From the IMG/VR virus record IMGVR_UViG_3300020185_000011: a stretch of 64,000 nt of DNA; one strand, given 5' to 3'. Origin of the DNA: a virus. Under the pieces are notes generated by a model. That model worked only from the letters and a program-made list of their open reading frames with translations, was not told the DNA's origin and ran no database searches. Positions 18,770 through 28,645 of this stretch are shown piece after piece (position 1 is the first letter of the stretch; each line of letters starts with the position of its first letter). The position numbers and the translations under genes are program-made.

Positions 18770-19906
18770 ATGACAACACAACAACACCTGTCCGCAGGTT
18801 TAAAAAAGAGCTACGATATAGAACTCACCCGAGAACTATGTCCACCCAAAGAAACTTATCAAACTTGTAAATTCAAGAAAAGACTTGTAGTACACAAGGA
18901 TAAGATTTACATCATTGACCCTATTACAGGCGACCCATTGCAACCGAGAGAAGAAATCAATCTCACTCAAAATGTTATTGAGATTAAAACTTCATTCAAG
19001 TACAGAGGTTGGTTACATTCAGAAGAACCATTATTTGTACAAGTCGCTGCTGATGGAAACTTCATTCTAAGAAGTGGATTCAACAGATTCAAAGCTGCAA
19101 CGGAAAGTGGTTGGGAATATCTATTAGTAGATGTGTATGAAGATGCACCAGTCCAAAAGGACAACATTGCATTTAAGTATGTTTGTAACAATACTAACCT
19201 ACCATCTAAACCTAATAAAGATATTGACTTCATTAGAGGTGTAGTAGAAGCGATTGATGCAAATGCAATCAATCAAGAAGTCGAAGAAGAGATAATCTCA
19301 TTCTTAAAACAAATCACATCAACAGATGATGGTATGCGTTTAAAGACAGATGAAGAGATTGTCAATTATGTCGATGTAACAGAAGTAAATGACGATGGTT
19401 CAGAGAGTACTACTCAAGAACTATCAACTTCATGTTTACTATATAAGGTCTACAGACAGAGAGGAAAGAACAGAAACATTCTACCGTTAGATGGTAAATA
19501 TGCAAACGAAATTCTTAACAAACTTGGAAAGGGATGGGCTGGAGCAAGAAACAAAGATGTAACTGAGTTAGGTTATTGTTTTGAGAAAGGGAATAGTCTA
19601 CACAGAATATTGTGGGATGGTTTAAAACTTTATGGTAAGTATCAATCACCAATCATGTTATATGGATATGTTGAGAACCCATCATCAATGACTTTAAAGT
19701 CTGATAGAGCAGAAACATTTGCAAGATACGAGTGGTTCATAGAAGAATGTGTAAGAAGATTTACGGATTCTCTTGACTATCATAAGATGGGACTTAACTT
19801 CATGGAACTTGAATGGAAGTTCAGAGAAATCTTTCAGTGGGGTGGATTCATACCTCAAGATAAAACACCACATTGTGATGAAACTGGAAGGATAATACAA
19901 CTATGA
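18770..19906 (+). CDS. ParB/Srx-like N-terminal domain protein
   Basis: LQPR...SFKYRGW...LRSGFNRFKAA resembles the ParB GxxR motif; AAGGAG RBS. Confidence 0.55.
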   Translation: MTTQQHLSAGLKKSYDIELTRELCPPKETYQTCKFKKRLVVHKDKIYIIDPITGDPLQPREEINLTQNVIEIKTSFKYRGWLHSEEPLFVQVAADGNFILRSGFNRFKAATESGWEYLLVDVYEDAPVQKDNIAFKYVCNNTNLPSKPNKDIDFIRGVVEAIDANAINQEVEEEIISFLKQITSTDDGMRLKTDEEIVNYVDVTEVNDDGSESTTQELSTSCLLYKVYRQRGKNRNILPLDGKYANEILNKLGKGWAGARNKDVTELGYCFEKGNSLHRILWDGLKLYGKYQSPIMLYGYVENPSSMTLKSDRAETFARYEWFIEECVRRFTDSLDYHKMGLNFMELEWKFREIFQWGGFIPQDKTPHCDETGRIIQL

Positions 19907-20439
19907 TTATCATGGTTGGTGGAGTTCCATGTTCGGGAAAGTCAACTCTCATGAGAAGACTTATCTCTAGGTTAGATGAACCCAACCTAATTGAACCGAT
20001 GAAACTATTTAAGTGCCAAGAACATGGTGACGTATTAGTAGTCGGTCAATATCCCGAGGGAGAGACATTCGGTGGAACTGATAAGCTCTCTCACGGTTCT
20101 ATACCACAATTTAGAGAATTCATTGAGTGGGCAAACATTGCATATAAACATGTATTAATCGAAGGTGATAGATACTTTCGAGGTAAGGATATAGAATGGT
20201 TAATAGACAATCACGAAGCACGCGTTTACGTACTAACAGTAGAGTTATCGGAAGAACACAATCGTCACGCAGAACGTGGAGACACACAGTCCGAAGTGTG
20301 GTTGAAAGGGAGACGGAGTCAGATAAACAACATATTAACAAACATGAATCTACTAGGACAATTGCAGATTCGTGATAACAATTCTATAGAGACTTCTATG
20401 AAAATTGAGGAAGAAATATATGACAGAATTATTTCATAA
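19903..20439 (+). CDS. P-loop kinase, resembling phage hydroxymethylpyrimidine DNA kinases
   Basis: GGVPCSGKST, VGQYPEGETFGGTDKLS, IEGDR, R..RG..Q lid. Confidence 0.75.
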   Translation: MIIMVGGVPCSGKSTLMRRLISRLDEPNLIEPMKLFKCQEHGDVLVVGQYPEGETFGGTDKLSHGSIPQFREFIEWANIAYKHVLIEGDRYFRGKDIEWLIDNHEARVYVLTVELSEEHNRHAERGDTQSEVWLKGRRSQINNILTNMNLLGQLQIRDNNSIETSMKIEEEIYDRIIS

Positions 20440-20743
20440 AAAAGTCTACATGGTTGTAGAGAATCCCAATGAGGATGATGCAGCCATCGAACTAACAGGT
20501 GGAAAATGGGACGGACTTGTATACCAGTATGGCAAGATACAATTCGAAGAAGGTAAACCAAATATCAACTTCACAAGAACTATAAGAAGGTTTCCACATG
20601 GCCATGATGGCTGGAAGACAGAGATTGGACTTGAGGAACTCCTAAATAATAGTGAATTAAACGACCTCATGGGTGACATATTAATGGAACTTGTCGAGGA
20701 ACAAATGAAGAGGGAGAAAGAAGATGGCACTAGAGTATCATAA
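20420..20743 (+). CDS. conserved T4-like phage hypothetical protein
   Basis: AIELTGGKWDGLVYQYGKI...GDILMELVE. Confidence 0.65.
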   Translation: MTELFHKKVYMVVENPNEDDAAIELTGGKWDGLVYQYGKIQFEEGKPNINFTRTIRRFPHGHDGWKTEIGLEELLNNSELNDLMGDILMELVEEQMKREKEDGTRVS

Positions 20744-20888
20744 ATTTAGGCTAACAGCCGACGAGGTAGAGGAAGGACAGGAGATGTATGTTTTATCCTG
20801 TGAAGAAGGAATGCTTGACGCACTCAAAGGTGCTTACGCCGAATACACATGGGTAGAGAAGACTACTGAACCACCTACCCCCGAATAA
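20724..20888 (+). CDS. 54-aa hypothetical protein (not in ORF track)
   Basis: MALEYHKFRL...EPPTPE; GGAG upstream; fills the gap. Confidence 0.5.
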   Translation: MALEYHKFRLTADEVEEGQEMYVLSCEEGMLDALKGAYAEYTWVEKTTEPPTPE

Positions 20889-20904
20889 CAATAAGGATTA
20901 ATCA

Positions 20905-21360
20905 ATGAATAAAGAAGTATTGAAAGCACAAATTAAGCGTCATGAGGGCGAGGTACTTGAAGTATACGCAGACTCATTAGGATATCTAACACTTGGTGTT
21001 GGACATCTAATCAAAGAGGGTGATGCAGAACATGGACAACCAGCAGGAACTCCAGTATCACAATCAGTAGTAGATGCATACTACGAAGCAGATTTTGACA
21101 AACACGTGGATGAAACTATTCATTTGTTTGAATCAAAAGGTGGGAAGGATTTTTATTCTTTACCCGAAGATATTCAACACGTACTAGTCAATATGACATT
21201 CAACTTAGGTGGAAGTCGTTTTGGTAAGTTCAACAACATGTGGAAAGCAGTTGTATCAGAAGACTGGAAAAGAATGGCAGTTGAAATGGAAGACAGCCGT
21301 TGGTTCAGACAAGTCGGAAGACGTTCAGTTGAATTACAGGAGTCAGTACTAAATGTCTAA
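20905..21360 (+). CDS. lysozyme (GH24, T4 e-like endolysin)
   Basis: HEG..LEVYADSLGYLTLGVGHLI, NMTFNLG, F.NM, DSRWFRQVGRR. Confidence 0.9.
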   Translation: MNKEVLKAQIKRHEGEVLEVYADSLGYLTLGVGHLIKEGDAEHGQPAGTPVSQSVVDAYYEADFDKHVDETIHLFESKGGKDFYSLPEDIQHVLVNMTFNLGGSRFGKFNNMWKAVVSEDWKRMAVEMEDSRWFRQVGRRSVELQESVLNV

Positions 21361-21619
21361 CCCTATCAAATGTCTTCGTTTAGAAAACGGAGATGTCGTT
21401 ATTGGTAAAGTAACAGAAAAATTATTCAAGTACGTGGTAGAAGAAGCACATGCTTGTATTGTTGAGATTCAAGGTGGCCAAATGGAAGTAGGTCTAGCTC
21501 CATGGATACCTTATGCAAAAGACTATACTTTTGATATTTCTAAAGTCAGAGTAGTGTCTTGTTTTGAACCTAGACCAAACCTTGCACAAAACTACAAGGT
21601 GTTAACTGGAAATAAATAA
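21353..21619 (+). CDS. conserved Sm-like fold phage protein
   Basis: IKCLRLENGDVVIG...LAPWIPY...P..NLAQNY. Confidence 0.65.
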   Translation: MSNPIKCLRLENGDVVIGKVTEKLFKYVVEEAHACIVEIQGGQMEVGLAPWIPYAKDYTFDISKVRVVSCFEPRPNLAQNYKVLTGNK

Positions 21620-21620
21620 A

Positions 21621-21842
21621 GTGGCAGATATATTAAGAGCATTAGAAAAGAAGTACGAAGGTGATATTGCAGTACACACTGCAAACATTCAAGTCTACCA
21701 AGAAAACCCAGCAGGTATCGGAGACCATTCTGATATCGTTCAGGCAGTAGATGCAGAAGTTGAGAAACTTGCAGATGCTCAAGATAAGCTAAAATCAGTA
21801 AAAGAATTACTACATCCAACCAAAAAAACACTTGTAGAATAG
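21621..21842 (+). CDS. conserved small phage protein
   Basis: ANIQVYQENPAGIGDHSDIV motif. Confidence 0.7.
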   Translation: MADILRALEKKYEGDIAVHTANIQVYQENPAGIGDHSDIVQAVDAEVEKLADAQDKLKSVKELLHPTKKTLVE

Positions 21843-21860
21843 ACCTCTTTCTGTTATAAT
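21832..21860 (+). promoter_or_regulatory. sigma70-type promoter of gp43 (extended -10, leaderless)
   Basis: TTGTAG, 17 nt, TGT-TATAAT 21855-21860, ATG 21867. Confidence 0.65.
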
Positions 21861-21866
21861 AACAGT

Positions 21867-24359
21867 ATGGATTTTTATACTAATGTGTGTCGAACTCGCG
21901 ACAAAATACTCGTAAAAGGTTACCAAGGAAAGAAACAGGTTCAAATGTCTGTGGACTACCGTCCTAATCATTACGTCCCAACCAAAAAACCTTCTGCATT
22001 CAAATCACTGGATGGGAAGAACCTTGAGGCTGTTAATCTCAGTTCGATGGGTGGTGCAAGAAAGTTCCGAGAGAAGTTTGCTGGAACAGCAGGGATGGAA
22101 ATCCATGGGTATGATAGATACATCTATACATACATTGCTGATAAGTTTCAAGGGGACATCAAGTATGACCCAAAAGTTATCAAAATTGCAACACTAGATA
22201 TTGAGTGTGAATGTGAAGATGGGTTCCCCGAACCCATGCAAGCTTTGGAAAAAGTAAACGCAATCACCATCAAACCTTTTAGATTTATGGCTCACACATT
22301 CGGGATTGGGCCGTGGGACGAGGCACCAGCCAACGTACATTATCATGAAGCACAGGATGAGAAAGACCTACTTGAACAATTCATCAAGTACTGGAGAAAA
22401 GAAAAGTTCGACATCATTACTGGTTGGAATGTTAATACTTTTGACATCACTTACCTTTGTAATCGTGTGGACAGAGTATTCGGTTCGGAATCACATAGAA
22501 AGTTTTCACCATGGAACATGTGTGATGTCAGAGAGTTCAAGACCAACTGGGGTTCTACCCAACAGGTCTTTAATCTGTATGGAATCAATGTAATTGATTA
22601 CCTAGAGCTTTACAAAAAACATACTTTTGTAAACCAAGAGTCATACAGACTAGACCACATTGCAAATGTGGAACTAGGTAAATCAAAGATATCATATGAA
22701 GAGGAAGGTTCTCTTCACCATCTATACAGAAACAATTATTCCAAGTTCCTTGCTTACAATGTAAAGGATGTTACCTTGGTAGAAGACCTAGAGGAGAAAC
22801 TAGGTTTGATGGAATTGATTCTTGCAATGTCTTACAATGCTAAGTGTAATTACAACGACACTTTTGGTATGGTTAAGTATTGGGAAACAATCATCTATAA
22901 CTTTCTGAAGGAACAGAAAATTGCAACACCACCACAGAAGCTGTCACAAACAAAAGGTGATAGAATCCAAGGTGCATATGTCAAAGAACCTATCGTGGGT
23001 AAACATGAATGGGTTGTCTCATTCGATTTGAACTCACTGTATCCACACATCATCATGCAGTACAATATCTCACCCGAGAAAATGCAGAGAGGGTTGACCG
23101 ATACATCCGTAGAAAAATTATTCAACAAGGAAACGATTGTTGATGGCGCACTCGGTATCACACCAAACGGGGCTAGGTTCTCAAACGATAAACAAGGGTT
23201 CCTTCCCGAACTTATGCAGAAGTTCTATGACGAACGTAAGATGTGGAAGGGTAAAATGATTGGGTATCAGAAGGAACTACAAACTTGTACAGATAGGAAA
23301 CGTAAGAACGAACTCAACACATTAATCAAACGTTCTTACAATAACCAACAGGTTAGGAAGATTGCTTTGAACTCAGCATATGGTGCTTTGGCAAACCAAT
23401 ACTTTGCATTCTTTGACCCACAACTTGCAGAGGCAATCACATTGTCGGGTCAGCTGATTATTAAACACGCAGAGAAGACAATCAATGATTGGTTAAATAC
23501 CACACTCAAGACAGATGAAGACTATGTTGTTGCAATGGATACCGATTCTGTGTATATTACACTAGACAAACTGATACAGCAGGTAATGCCTAATGAGACT
23601 GATAAACAAAAAATTACAAACTTCATCGACTCAATCGCAAAGTCACACATGGAAGACGTTCTTGACAAAGGTTTCCAAGAACTTGCAAAATACACCAATG
23701 CCTTCGAACAGAAGATGGAGATGGGGAGAGAGGTCATCGCAGACCGTGGGATTTGGACTGCAAAGAAAAGATACATCCTCAACGTCATCGACAACGAAGG
23801 AGTCCGACTAGCCGAACCTAAACTCAAGATGATGGGTATTGAGACTGCAAAGTCCAGTACACCACAATGGGTTAGGGGTAAACTTACAGATGCATTCAAG
23901 ATTGTGATGCAAGGGACTGAAGAAGAACTATGGGACTTTGTTGAGAATGCACGGATGGATTTCCGTAGACTTGCACCCGAAGATATGTCTTCACCTAGAG
24001 GTTGTAATAACCTAGGACAGTATGCAGACCCAACACAAATCTATGGAAAGGGTACACCTATACACGTACGCGGTGCATTACTTTACAACCATCATTTAAA
24101 ACAGAAGAACATTCACAAACGTTATGAGTTGATTAAGAGTGGAGAAAAACTACACTTTACATATCTCACTACACCAAATCCAATCAACGAGAACGTCATA
24201 TCATTTATGAACGTTTTACCAAAGGAGTTCGACTTGCATAAGTATATCGATTATGATATGCAATTTGACAAGTCATTCATAGAACCATTGAAGGTGGTTA
24301 TAGAAAAGATTGGCTGGAATGTTGAACCAGTTGCCTCGCTAGATTCCTTTTTCGGATAA
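21867..24359 (+). CDS. gp43: family B DNA polymerase
   Basis: Exo DIECE, GWNV..FDI.Y; pol SFDLNSLYPHI, KIALNSAYG, DTDS, KKRY. Confidence 0.97.
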   Translation: MDFYTNVCRTRDKILVKGYQGKKQVQMSVDYRPNHYVPTKKPSAFKSLDGKNLEAVNLSSMGGARKFREKFAGTAGMEIHGYDRYIYTYIADKFQGDIKYDPKVIKIATLDIECECEDGFPEPMQALEKVNAITIKPFRFMAHTFGIGPWDEAPANVHYHEAQDEKDLLEQFIKYWRKEKFDIITGWNVNTFDITYLCNRVDRVFGSESHRKFSPWNMCDVREFKTNWGSTQQVFNLYGINVIDYLELYKKHTFVNQESYRLDHIANVELGKSKISYEEEGSLHHLYRNNYSKFLAYNVKDVTLVEDLEEKLGLMELILAMSYNAKCNYNDTFGMVKYWETIIYNFLKEQKIATPPQKLSQTKGDRIQGAYVKEPIVGKHEWVVSFDLNSLYPHIIMQYNISPEKMQRGLTDTSVEKLFNKETIVDGALGITPNGARFSNDKQGFLPELMQKFYDERKMWKGKMIGYQKELQTCTDRKRKNELNTLIKRSYNNQQVRKIALNSAYGALANQYFAFFDPQLAEAITLSGQLIIKHAEKTINDWLNTTLKTDEDYVVAMDTDSVYITLDKLIQQVMPNETDKQKITNFIDSIAKSHMEDVLDKGFQELAKYTNAFEQKMEMGREVIADRGIWTAKKRYILNVIDNEGVRLAEPKLKMMGIETAKSSTPQWVRGKLTDAFKIVMQGTEEELWDFVENARMDFRRLAPEDMSSPRGCNNLGQYADPTQIYGKGTPIHVRGALLYNHHLKQKNIHKRYELIKSGEKLHFTYLTTPNPINENVISFMNVLPKEFDLHKYIDYDMQFDKSFIEPLKVVIEKIGWNVEPVASLDSFFG

Positions 24360-24362
24360 ATA
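24357..24362 (+). promoter_or_regulatory. late promoter
   Basis: TAAATA, 5 nt, then ATG 24368. Confidence 0.6.
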
Positions 24363-24367
24363 ACGTT

Positions 24368-24790
24368 ATGGCATACTCAAAAGAAGTAGTTCAAAGATTT
24401 GAAGCAGTACTTGCAAACCCCGAAAAACATTCCGTAGGTCGATTAGACAAAGACGACCCACATGTTGCAACAGGTCTTGCAGGCGCACCCGCCTGTGGTG
24501 ATGTAATGCAATTACAACTATTACTGGACGATGATGAAAGAATCATTGACGTAAAGTTTAAAACCTATGGATGTGGAAGTGCAATTGCAAGTTCGTCCAT
24601 GTTTGTTGATATGATGATGGGTAAGACTATCGAAGAAGCTAAACTAATTAAGGATAAGGACATCGCTGATGCGTTAGACCTTCCGCCGATTAAACTTCAT
24701 TGTTCTGTTCTTGCTGAAGACGCAATCAAAAAGGCAATGATTGATTACGACACCAAGTTGGAACATCGCAGACACAACTATCCTAAATAG
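24368..24790 (+). CDS. iscU: Fe-S cluster scaffold IscU
   Basis: GAPACGDVM, FKTYGCGSAIASSS, LPPIKLHCSVLAEDAIK. Confidence 0.95.
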   Translation: MAYSKEVVQRFEAVLANPEKHSVGRLDKDDPHVATGLAGAPACGDVMQLQLLLDDDERIIDVKFKTYGCGSAIASSSMFVDMMMGKTIEEAKLIKDKDIADALDLPPIKLHCSVLAEDAIKKAMIDYDTKLEHRRHNYPK

Positions 24791-24794
24791 AACC

Positions 24795-25262
24795 ATGGGA
24801 ACTAAAAACTTTAAACAATGTGAATTTCATGTAAAGGTCAGTAAAATTGTCGACGGCGATACAGTTGATGTCGACATAGACTTAGGGTTCTCAACAGTTT
24901 TAAAGAAACAAAGAGTGCGACTAATGGGTATAGATACACCCGAATCAAGAACAAGAGACCTCGTGGAGAAATTGTTTGGTAAAGCATCTAAAAAACATCT
25001 TACACATCTTCTATCAGAAGGTGATATTACCCTCGTTAGTCACGACAAAGGAAAATTCGGACGCATACTTGGAGAGTTATTTGTTCATAGCGAAGATGAA
25101 TCAATCATCAATGTCAACAGACAAATGATTCTTGACCACCATGCAGTGGAATATACTGGTGAGAATAAAGACACCACAACAGAACGTCACATGGAGCATA
25201 GAAAGCTTCTAATGGAGAAAGGAGTCGTCACTCAAGAACAGATTGACAAGGTGATGTCATGA
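24795..25262 (+). CDS. staphylococcal-nuclease-like (SNase) protein
   Basis: IVDGDTVDVDIDLGF, RVRLMGIDTPESRT, GKFGRILG; TAAATA 24784-24789 upstream. Confidence 0.9.
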   Translation: MGTKNFKQCEFHVKVSKIVDGDTVDVDIDLGFSTVLKKQRVRLMGIDTPESRTRDLVEKLFGKASKKHLTHLLSEGDITLVSHDKGKFGRILGELFVHSEDESIINVNRQMILDHHAVEYTGENKDTTTERHMEHRKLLMEKGVVTQEQIDKVMS

Positions 25263-25438
25263 TTATTTCTCCAATGGATTGTTTCTATATTGCAATGATA
25301 TGTGCAATATTCGGATTCATAATCCACTTGGAATTAGGAATGTCAGAGTTAAAGGCTATGATGAAGGAACATACTAGGTTCGACAAAAAAATGTCTGAAG
25401 TTGGTAAGAAATTATCTGAAATAGAAAAAAAACTCTAA
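25259..25438 (+). CDS. 59-aa membrane peptide (not in ORF track)
   Basis: MIISPMDCFYIAMICAIFGFIIHL...; ATGA overlap. Confidence 0.55.
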   Translation: MIISPMDCFYIAMICAIFGFIIHLELGMSELKAMMKEHTRFDKKMSEVGKKLSEIEKKL

Positions 25439-25445
25439 AACCCCC

Positions 25446-25474
25446 TTGCACAAACCCCGAATATAGTCTATAAT
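25446..25474 (+). promoter_or_regulatory. sigma70-type promoter of uvsX
   Basis: TTGCAC, 17 nt, TATAAT. Confidence 0.6.
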
Positions 25475-25498
25475 GGATACACATTATGGAGAAGTGTT

Positions 25499-26554
25499 AT
25501 GTCATTTATTAAAGATTTAGTAAAAGCATCGGGAAACGAATATGCAAATGTCGTTTCGGACGGTGTTGCAGCTGGAGATGTCGATACCTTTGTAGACACA
25601 GGTAGTCACATTTTCAATGCACTATTAAGTGGTTCACTATACGGTGGACTTCCCGACAACAAAATTACTGCAATCGCAGGAGAATCAGCAACAGGTAAAA
25701 CATACTTTGCATTAGGCATAGTAAAACAATTCCTATCTGATAATCCCGATTCTGCAGTTATATACTTTGAGTCTGAGTCAGCAATATCAAAGGATATGAT
25801 TGAATCTAGGGGAATTGATTCCTCTAGGATGATTATTGTCCCAGTGGTTACTGTACAAGAATTCAGAACTCAATCGATTAGTATACTGGATAAGTATGCT
25901 GAAACCCCAAAATCCAAACGTCCACCTTTGATGATGTGTTTAGATTCACTTGGTATGTTATCAACAACCAAAGAAATCGAAGATACTGCAGAAGGTAAAG
26001 AGACAAAGGATATGACTCGAGCACAAATTGTAAAAGGTGCATTTAGAGTCCTAACTTTGAAACTTGGTCGAGTTGGTGTTCCTATGATTGTCACAAACCA
26101 CACATATGATGTGATTGGTTCTATGTTCCCTCAGAAAGAAATGGGTGGTGGTAGTGGACTCAAGTACGCTGCATCGTCTATCATCTATCTATCTAAAAAG
26201 AAAGAGAAGGATGGGACAGAGATAATCGGAAATATCATTCACTGTAAGAATGCAAAGTCAAGATTGACTGTAGAAAATAGAATAGTGGATGTTAGGCTTT
26301 CTTATGAAAAAGGATTGGACAGGTACTATGGTCTATTAGACATGGCACTTGCATTTGGCGTCTTTACAAAAGAAGGAACTCGTGTTAAACTACCTACAGG
26401 TAAAACCGAATTCGGAAAGACGATTAATAACAATCCCGAGAAGTACTTTACAGATGATGTAATGGCACAACTCGAACAGAAAGCACAGGAATATTTTAAG
26501 TATGGAACAAGTGAGACTAGAACAGACGATACTGAAGAACTTAGTTCAGAGTGA
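25499..26554 (+). CDS. uvsX: RecA-like recombinase UvsX
   Basis: [37 protein letters not shown]. Confidence 0.96.
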   Translation: MSFIKDLVKASGNEYANVVSDGVAAGDVDTFVDTGSHIFNALLSGSLYGGLPDNKITAIAGESATGKTYFALGIVKQFLSDNPDSAVIYFESESAISKDMIESRGIDSSRMIIVPVVTVQEFRTQSISILDKYAETPKSKRPPLMMCLDSLGMLSTTKEIEDTAEGKETKDMTRAQIVKGAFRVLTLKLGRVGVPMIVTNHTYDVIGSMFPQKEMGGGSGLKYAASSIIYLSKKKEKDGTEIIGNIIHCKNAKSRLTVENRIVDVRLSYEKGLDRYYGLLDMALAFGVFTKEGTRVKLPTGKTEFGKTINNNPEKYFTDDVMAQLEQKAQEYFKYGTSETRTDDTEELSSE

Positions 26555-27899
26555 ATCTTTTACAAGGAAGGTAATACCATTCCTTAAGGAAGAGTATTTC
26601 TCCGAGTCGGACGAGAAGACTGTGTTCAACGAAGTAGTTTCATACTTCGATAAGTACACTAAACCACCTACAGTGGAAGCACTTCTCATAAATCTTGATA
26701 ACAATACGTCTCTTAATGACGGACAGTTATCGAACGCAAAAACTATTGTAGATAGTATTAGTAAGGACAGTGAAGAGACTCCAACCGAATGGTTGGTAGA
26801 AGAAACTGAGAAATGGTGTCAAGATAGAGCAATCTATATTGCAGTCATGGACAGTATCGAAGTCATCGACAAAAAGTCCCAACGTTCGACTGGAGAAATA
26901 CCCGACCTTTTAAAAGAAGCTTTATCTGTATCGTTTGACACTAACATTGGTCACGATTTCATTGAAAACTCAGATGATAGATTCGAATTCTACCACACTG
27001 AAGAAGAAAAACTTCCATTTGACTTGGAATACTTCAACAAGGTTACCAAAGGTGGTCTTCCAAACAAAACTCTAAACATATGTCTTGCTGGTACTGGTGT
27101 TGGTAAGTCATTGTTTATGTGTCACATGGCATCAGCCAACTTGATGATGAACAAGAACGTACTTTATATTACACTTGAAATGTCAGAAGAAAGGATTGCA
27201 GAGAGGATAGATTCGAACACATTGAATATCCCTATGAAAGACTTACCCGACTTATCTAAGAATCAATTTGATAAGAAGATTGACAAAATCAAAGAGAAGA
27301 CCAAAGGTAAACTTATTGTCAAAGAATATCCTACTGCATCAGCACATGTTGGTCACTTCCGACATCTATTACAAGAACTGAACATTAAGAAAGATTTCAA
27401 ACCCGATATGATTTATATCGACTATCTAAATATATGTTCAAGTGCAAGAGTCAAGCCAGGTAGTGGTGCAAACTCATATACACTAGTAAAGAGTATTGCA
27501 GAGGAACTTAGAGGACTTGCAGTAGAGTTTGATGTACCAATCATGAGTGCAACACAAACAACAAGAAGTGGATATGGTTCTACAGATGTAGAACTTACTG
27601 ATACTTCAGAATCATTTGGTTTACCAGCGACTGCAGACTTTATGTTTGCATTGATTACCAGTGATGAATTAGAAGAGTTAGACCAAATGGTGGTCAAACA
27701 ATTAAAGAACAGATACAATGACCCAACCGTATTCAAAAGGTTTGTTATTGGTGTCGACAGAAGTAGAATGAAACTCTACGACTGTGAACAAGAAGCACAA
27801 GAAGAACTGATAGACTCAGCCGTCGATGATTCAGTACCAGTGTTTGATAGAGGAAGAAATGATGGACAGAAACGAGACTTTTCAGAATTCAAGGTCTGA
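26502..27899 (+). CDS. gp41: replicative DNA helicase
   Basis: [47 protein letters not shown]. Confidence 0.96.
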   Translation: MEQVRLEQTILKNLVQSESFTRKVIPFLKEEYFSESDEKTVFNEVVSYFDKYTKPPTVEALLINLDNNTSLNDGQLSNAKTIVDSISKDSEETPTEWLVEETEKWCQDRAIYIAVMDSIEVIDKKSQRSTGEIPDLLKEALSVSFDTNIGHDFIENSDDRFEFYHTEEEKLPFDLEYFNKVTKGGLPNKTLNICLAGTGVGKSLFMCHMASANLMMNKNVLYITLEMSEERIAERIDSNTLNIPMKDLPDLSKNQFDKKIDKIKEKTKGKLIVKEYPTASAHVGHFRHLLQELNIKKDFKPDMIYIDYLNICSSARVKPGSGANSYTLVKSIAEELRGLAVEFDVPIMSATQTTRSGYGSTDVELTDTSESFGLPATADFMFALITSDELEELDQMVVKQLKNRYNDPTVFKRFVIGVDRSRMKLYDCEQEAQEELIDSAVDDSVPVFDRGRNDGQKRDFSEFKV

Positions 27900-28614
27900 T
27901 GATTTGTTATGGGGTAGTCCTGTAACTGCAATAGAACTTGACCCAACACCAATTGATGAGTGGTTTAAAGATAAAGATTTAGATAAACTATGTGCAGAGG
28001 AGTTTACATTCAGTAATTGTAAAACTTCAAATAATATAGATGCAAATCTTGAAATTGACTATGCACCAGTATTGGATTTAGTATATGACGAGTTCCAACA
28101 GTTCTTAGATTTGCTTGGGCCCAAGTGTGTCATTACCAGTAACTTCGAAGTACCTTGGATTAATGTATATGAAGAGGGTGGATTTCAAGATTCCCATGAC
28201 CATCAAGGTGATAGGTATAGTGACTTCTCATGGTGTTATGTACATGAAACTGGGAACTCTCATATTGTATTTAAAAATAGATATGCAACCAATAGTGATG
28301 CATGTCTAAAGAATTTACTTGCAGCTTATGAAGCCCATCAAGTCTATGTACCACAAATTAAAGATAAAGGGACATTGTATATCTTCCCTTCAACAATTTT
28401 TCATGCAGTATCACCCAACAAGTGTGCTGAACCTAGAATCACATTGTCGGGTAACATTAAACTTACACCCGATGTGACTTCAGAAGGATTAGTAAGGACT
28501 GAACTTATCGAAGAGGATTCACTTAAGGACATATCTCGTAACAATCTCAAATCAAGACCAAGGTTAGATATGACCCCAAGGAAAAGCCCGTTGACAAAAC
28601 CTAGGATATTGTAG
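27859..28614 (+). CDS. 2OG-Fe(II) oxygenase (TIGR02466-like)
   Basis: WINVY..GGFQDSHDH, IFPSTIFHAV, RITLSGN. Confidence 0.8.
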   Translation: MMDRNETFQNSRSDDLLWGSPVTAIELDPTPIDEWFKDKDLDKLCAEEFTFSNCKTSNNIDANLEIDYAPVLDLVYDEFQQFLDLLGPKCVITSNFEVPWINVYEEGGFQDSHDHQGDRYSDFSWCYVHETGNSHIVFKNRYATNSDACLKNLLAAYEAHQVYVPQIKDKGTLYIFPSTIFHAVSPNKCAEPRITLSGNIKLTPDVTSEGLVRTELIEEDSLKDISRNNLKSRPRLDMTPRKSPLTKPRIL

Positions 28615-28620
28615 TATAAT
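28591..28620 (+). promoter_or_regulatory. sigma70-type promoter
   Basis: TTGACA 28591-28596, 18 nt, TATAAT 28615-28620. Confidence 0.8.
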
Positions 28621-28645
28621 AAGACTATAGATTATGAGAGGTCTT

